Assembly: GCA_963719315.1 (NCBI GenBank)
Contig: CAVRBU010000002.1
Location: forward strand, 416,001-480,000
Origin: an uncultured Planctomycetota bacterium
Lineage (GTDB): Bacteria; Planctomycetota; Planctomycetia; Pirellulales; Lacipirellulaceae
Length of the DNA stretch: 64,000 bases
Direction: 5' to 3'
Made by a program: the position numbers and the translations under genes. How positions within the stretch are numbered: position 1 is the first letter of the stretch; the number at the start of each line of letters is the position of its first letter. The notes under the pieces were generated by a model, which was not told where the DNA came from, made no database searches, and saw nothing but the letters and a program-made list of their open reading frames with translations. Of the stretch, positions 58,853 through 64,000 are shown in pieces.

Positions 58853-61391
58853 TGCTGTATTGGCGATTCGCGTGGCGAGAGCTGCGCCAGCGCCCCAGCC
58901 GTCCGATCTTGACGCTCTTGAGCATCGTGATCGGCGTCGGGGCGGTGGTGGCCGTGACGATTGCGTCCGGCACGACGCACCGCGCCTTCGATCAGATCTT
59001 CAAGACCGTGGCCGGTCAAGCTTCGCTACAGATCTCCACACCGGTCGGCACGGACTTCGACGAACGGATCGTGGCAAAAGTGCGCGTATTGCCGGGTGTG
59101 AAAGCAGTTGCGCCGATGATGTCACGGTCATCCAAGCTGCGGTTCGCGCAGAAGGTGAAAAGGAGAAAGTCTTCACCGTAACGGCGCTCGGAGTCGATCC
59201 GGCCGTCGATCGCGAGGTTCACGACTACGAAATAACGGCCGGCAAACCGCTACCAACGTCGATGGACGAGGACTCCGGCGTGTTGCTCGAGGAAAACTTT
59301 GCCAAGAGTCAGGGCATAAAAGCCGGCGACAAGATCACATTCAGTTCACGCGAAGATCCTTATGGCGAAGCCAAAGTGCTGGGGATTTATCGGTCGAACG
59401 ACATTGCGTCGGGCGGCGCGGGTGCTCCGATGTACTTGCCTTTGGTGGCGGTGCAGCAATTCTGGCATAGCCGAGGACTTATCAACTCGGCCAAGGTAAA
59501 GACGGCTCCCGGTGCTGATGAGAAAGAAGTCGAGAAGGCAATCGCGGCGCTGTTGCCGAAGGGTGTTTCCGTGGAGCGGCCGCCGACACGCAGCGCTATG
59601 GCCGAGGAGACATCGTTGTCGACCGAGCAAGGCATGCGATTGGCACGCGGCTTTTCGTTGCTTGTGGCCGTTTTCATCATCACGAATACGTTTCTCATTA
59701 ACGTTACGCAGCGCCGCCGGCAAATTGGGATCATGCGGGCGATCGGTGCGACCCGTAGCCAGATCTCAGGCATGATGTACCGCGAAGCGCTGCTCATGGG
59801 CGTCGTCGGCACGATCCTGGGCTCGATGCTCGGCATCTTGGCGGCACATTATCTGTCGATTGCAATGGGAACTCTGTACCAATCGGAACTGCCGCCGATC
59901 GAGTTGAATGCTTATCCGTTTTTGATCGGCGCGGCCTGTGGCCTCGGTATTTCGCTGCTGGCAGCCATTTTGCCCTCTCGCAAAGCCAGCCATTTGTCAC
60001 CGCTCGAAGCGATGCGCGACGTGTTGCCGGAAGAGATCGAAGGTGTGCAATGGTGGCTAACTGGCTCGGGCGCAGCCGTAATCGTGGTTTGCATGATCGT
60101 CATGACACTCAGCATCCTGGGCTGGATATCCATGATGCACACCGTGTGGTCGGCCGTTCTCATGTTGGCAGGTTTCGTACTGCTTATGCCGGTCGCGCTC
60201 AAGCCGCTGTCGGCAATCGTGATGTTTTTCGTGCGAATGGTGATGCCCGTTGAAGGCCGATTGGCCCGGCTGCAACTGCTGCGGCATCGGTCGCGGACGA
60301 CGCTTACAATCGGCGTCGTGTTTCTGGCGGCGGCCACAGGAGTCGGGCTGGCGAATTCGGTAATGGATACCGTGAACAACGTGCAGCGTTGGTATCACAA
60401 GGTAATCGTGGCCGACTTCTATCTTCGTGCCAGCGAGCCGAGCATGGCCACCGGGCTTTCGCCCGATTTGCCGGACGGGGTCGGTGACGAGGCCAAGAAA
60501 GTTGACGGTATCAAGAGCATTGATGCGACGCGGCTTGGCAGCATCAAAACTCACGGCGAAACGGCGAGTTTGATCGCTCGCGACCACACTGAACCGGGCG
60601 TACCCGACCTGGATATCGTCAGCGGCGATCCTGAAACATTGCGTGAGCAATTCAAAAACGGCGCTGTAGCCCTCGGCTCAGTGCTCGCCCAACGCGCCCA
60701 TTTGAAGGTGGGTGACAAACTTACCTTAGAAACTAGCACGGGCGACAAGAGTTTCCCCGTAGCGGCAATCGTCAATGACTATCAAAGTGGCGGCCTCACC
60801 ATTCACATGGAGCGGGCCATCGCGCGGTTGGACTTGGGATATGACGGCGTGAGCGGCTATGTAATCAAGGCCGATAAGAATCGATTGGCCGAAGTGCGCG
60901 GCCAATTGGGAAAGATCGCCAAAGAGAACGGACTCGTGCTGGAAACTTCCGCTGATATTCGAGCCCGGATCGACCGCATGATGTCGGGCGTCGTGGCCAG
61001 CCTGTGGGCAATGGTCGTGTTGGGGCTCCTGGTTTCCGCGGTGGGCGTAACCAATACGCTCACGATCAATGTGCTGGAGCAAACGCGCGAATTAGGGTTG
61101 TTGCGAATCGTGGCGATGACGCGGAACCAGGTACGAAAGACGATTTTCACACAGGCCGTGATTGTGTCGTTACTTGCTCTGATTCCCGGAATCGCGGCCG
61201 GCGTGGCGGTCGCCTACTTGATCAACGTTGCGATGATGCCGACGCTCGGTCATCCGGTTCATTTCGGACTCCATCCCTCCCTCATGTTTGGCGGTTTTGC
61301 GGCTGGTCTGGCGGTGGTCGCGTTTGCAGCTTGGTTTCCTTCAAACCGCGCGGCGAAGCTCGACCTGCTGGAAGCGCTGCGGACGTTATAG
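58849..61391 (+). CDS. ABC transporter permease (FtsX/MacB-like, two repeats), frameshift near 59145
   Basis: LTLLSIVIGV; QRRRQIGIMRAIGA; EQTRELGLLR. Confidence 0.88.
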
Positions 61392-61402
61392 CATTGATCG
61401 TG

Positions 61403-61493
61403 AGGGTGGGGTCGAGCGCAGCCGAGCCCCCAGCGAATCTGTGCACGCTCAGGCGCTGGGGGCTCGCCTTTGGCTCGACCCCAGCCACCCTAC
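61403..61493. repeat. Long REP-like hairpin
   Basis: AGGGTGGGGTCGAGC..GAGCCCCCAGCG ... CGCTGGGGGCTC..GCTCGACCCCAGCCACCCTAC. Confidence 0.65.
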
Positions 61494-61523
61494 AAATTGG
61501 ACATCAATACCCGCTGGAAAAAT

Positions 61524-62711
61524 ATGGCCTCAATCCCATCACCGCTTACCGCTCCGGTCAGAACCCTGCTCGGCCCCGGCCCGAGCGACATCCATCCCCG
61601 CGTGCTGGCCGCGCTTGCGCAGCCGACCGTCGGCCATTTGGACCCGTACTATCTCCGCATCATGGACGAACTGCAGTCCATGCTCCGCGAAGTCTTTCGC
61701 ACCAAGAATCGCATGACGATGGCGATCAGCGGCACGGGCTCGGCCGGGCAGGAGGCCACGGTTTTGAATCTAGTCGAACCGGGCGAGCGCGTGCTGATCT
61801 GCATTAACGGCGTGTTCGGAAATCGCCTCGCGGATATGGCCGAGCGGGCAGGCGGCGAGGTATCGAAAATCGAACGGCCGTGGGGCGAAGTATTCGACGT
61901 GGCCGAGGTGAAGGAAGCGCTCGCCAGCGTGACGCCGAAAGTCGTGGCAATCGTGATGGCCGAAACCTCAACGGGCGCATGGCAGCCGATCGAGGAGATA
62001 GCCGCCGCCGTTCGCGGCGCGGGGGCGATGCTGATCGTGGACACGGTGACGGCTCTCGGCGGCATCCCCGTCGAAATCGATAGGTGGCAAATCGACGCCG
62101 TGTATTCCGGCACCCAGAAGTGCTTGGGCTGCCCGCCGGGCTTGGCGCCTGTTTCGTTCAGCGACCGAGCCGTCGAAAAGATTTTGAAACGCAAGGAAAA
62201 AGTGCGGAGTTGGTATCTCGACGTGTCGCTGATCGCCAACTACTGGGGCAGCGACCGCGTGTACCACCACACGGCGCCGATCAACATGACTTACGCGCTG
62301 CACGAAGCGCTGCGGTTGGTTCTCGAAGAAGGCCTCGAAGCCTGCTTTGCCCGGCATCGCAATAATCAACAAGCGCTCAAGGCCGGCCTCGCTCGACTGG
62401 GCATCGAATACGCAACCCAAGCCGGTCAAGAACTTCCACAACTCAACGCGGTCCGAATTCCGGCAGGCGTAGACGATGCGACCGTCCGCATTGCCTTGCT
62501 GGAGCGATTCGGCATCGAAATCGGCGCCGGTCTCGGGGCCTTCAAAGGCAAAGTCTGGCGAATCGGCCTGATGGGCTACTCCAGTCGCCAAACAAACGTG
62601 CTCCTCCTGCTCGCCGCGCTCGAACAATTGTTAGCCGAACAGGGCCATCGCTTCGAGCATGGCGCGGCGATCGCCGCTGCAAACGATGTCTATTCGGGTG
62701 GAAAGCTCTGA
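61524..62711 (+). CDS. Alanine-glyoxylate / serine-pyruvate aminotransferase (class V)
   Basis: LLGPGPS, SGTGS, ETSTG, VDTV, SGTQKCL..PPG, YHHT, WRIGLMG. Confidence 0.93.
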   Translation: MASIPSPLTAPVRTLLGPGPSDIHPRVLAALAQPTVGHLDPYYLRIMDELQSMLREVFRTKNRMTMAISGTGSAGQEATVLNLVEPGERVLICINGVFGNRLADMAERAGGEVSKIERPWGEVFDVAEVKEALASVTPKVVAIVMAETSTGAWQPIEEIAAAVRGAGAMLIVDTVTALGGIPVEIDRWQIDAVYSGTQKCLGCPPGLAPVSFSDRAVEKILKRKEKVRSWYLDVSLIANYWGSDRVYHHTAPINMTYALHEALRLVLEEGLEACFARHRNNQQALKAGLARLGIEYATQAGQELPQLNAVRIPAGVDDATVRIALLERFGIEIGAGLGAFKGKVWRIGLMGYSSRQTNVLLLLAALEQLLAEQGHRFEHGAAIAAANDVYSGGKL

Positions 62712-62914
62712 GTCCGCGAGGGCCGTGGTTCGACGCCCCAAGCCCGTCGAAGGTATCGGAGCGTGTCGCCCCAGTTTCGCAGTCAACGCAGTTTGACACG
62801 TTGAGTTTTCCGAAATCTTTCCGATCGATTCAACTGGATGCTTGCAAACATCCCCGCCGCCCGATAGTCTTGTGGCATCCCGCACTTTCTTTACTTTGCG
62901 GCGAGGCCAAGGAC

Positions 62915-63121
62915 GTGCTTGTATTAAGTCGAAAAATCGGCGAGCGGATTCTTATCGGAGATAAGATCAGCGTGACCGTGGTCAAAATTGGCCACGGCGG
63001 CGTTCGCATCGGAATCGAAGCGCCTCCGGAGTTGGCGGTTGTCCGGGAAGAACTGGCGAACGAGCTCAAGCGGGCGGAGCGGGCACTCGCGAACGACCAA
63101 ACTGAGTCGATGGTCGATTAG
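62915..63121 (+). CDS. csrA: Carbon storage regulator CsrA-family protein
   Basis: VLVLSRKIGERILIGD..VTVV....VRIGIEAP....V.REEL. Confidence 0.9.
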   Translation: MLVLSRKIGERILIGDKISVTVVKIGHGGVRIGIEAPPELAVVREELANELKRAERALANDQTESMVD

Positions 63122-63144
63122 CGAGACAGTGCGCTTCGCACAAG

Positions 63145-64000
63145 CTACTTCGTCTGCGTGGCGTCGTCCTTGGGAGCATCGGGATTACGCCGCGCGGTGC
63201 GTGGCGTCACGACCAGTTCTCTGCGAATATCGAGCACTGCTGGCCCGTCGATTGATTCGAGCTTACCGTGTTGGGCCGCGTAATCGAGCAGCCGTTGGCG
63301 CTTCTGGCCAAACGGCGATTCGCCAGTCGAGATTTCATCGCCCGGCGTCACCCCCCATACGATCCGCGTGTTTCCGGTAGTCACGATATCGAATCGATAA
63401 ATCGGCTTCTCATCGCGCGGCGACGATTGCAGCGAGGCCATGATCTGGACGAGCCGCAACTTCTGCCAAACGTCGGCTAGTTGCGTGGCCAGTTTCGCCC
63501 CGCCGACTACCCGCGGATCGTCCCACCGGTCGCCGACTAACGGGCGGCCCGTGATCCCGGAAATTCGCGGCAAGTACCGTCGCTCGGCCTCGCTCAGATC
63601 GCCTTCCGGCAGTCGCACAGCACGCTCGTCGATCGGCAAATACATGATGCCGCTAGGGTCGCTCGATTCGACCGCCGCGATCGGTTTGCGATACACGAGA
63701 TCGATCTCCAGTGAACTCGGCAACCGCCGAGTAATCCGCTGAACGGAGGCGACCCAGGGATGAAACTCGAACGCGTCCTTGATTCGCCGCGAGAGGACGT
63801 CCCAATTATCGAGCACCGAAAGCGTGCCCGGTAATCCAGAATTCCGCAGCGCTTGCGTCTTGATATCCGATCGAATCCACGGCGGCGGCGGCGTGATGTG
63901 AATGCCCTCAACCGTGAGTGCGTACAGCGGATCGCGGGCGACTTGAGGACCGCTGCGCATCCACATGAAATGGGCCCCGAGGCCGAGGCCGATCACCACA
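63145..64000 (-). CDS. FtsQ/DivIB-like (POTRA) membrane protein, 5' end outside window
   Basis: TM then I.ITPPP.WI, HPWVASV..I.RRLPS.L.I.L.YRKP.A. Confidence 0.6.
   Translation of the reverse strand, partial: VVIGLGLGAHFMWMRSGPQVARDPLYALTVEGIHITPPPPWIRSDIKTQALRNSGLPGTLSVLDNWDVLSRRIKDAFEFHPWVASVQRITRRLPSSLEIDLVYRKPIAAVESSDPSGIMYLPIDERAVRLPEGDLSEAERRYLPRISGITGRPLVGDRWDDPRVVGGAKLATQLADVWQKLRLVQIMASLQSSPRDEKPIYRFDIVTTGNTRIVWGVTPGDEISTGESPFGQKRQRLLDYAAQHGKLESIDGPAVLDIRRELVVTPRTARRNPDAPKDDATQTK

Overview
GC-rich bacterial chromosomal segment, very probably from a planctomycete of the Pirellulales (Lacipirellulaceae-like). This is inferred from the 'GDFNxxGxVDAADYVVWRK...VPEP' dockerin-like/PEP-CTERM tail, a YdjY-type protein, DUF1570, DUF1080, a sulfatase, Cys-rich secreted proteins and a stand-alone RNAP alpha-CTD. 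The backbone is housekeeping: htrA-like protease, thiL, tsaE, yggS, ispG, pcrA/uvrD, msrB, an rlmM-like methyltransferase, an lpxL-like acyltransferase, hslVU, an ABC exporter, a class V aminotransferase and csrA. Small accessory patches are a SUKH-like gene plus a four-gene unknown operon (5.5-10.7 kb), a ParDE module bracketed by ~135-bp REP-based repeats and a CTAG-ended MITE (12.6-14.3 kb), DUF1963, a truncated DUF429, and a TIR gene / intact IS4 element / AbrB-PIN module (51.7-54.9 kb). Intergenic DNA is dense in GTAG-type REP pairs and heptamer repeats. About a dozen genes carry 1-2 bp frameshifts, mostly in GC-rich runs, best explained as assembly errors. The strongest candidate for an undescribed element is a ~165-nt structured 5' leader shared by two paralogous RRM RNA-binding-protein genes. 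It starts at the same distance from a predicted sigma70 promoter in both copies, shows compensatory base changes, and contains an anti-Shine-Dalgarno segment. Other candidates are a ~776-aa protein built from two copies of an unrecognised ~265-aa domain, and the repeat-bounded TA cassette. All family calls come from motif recognition only; no database searches were run.
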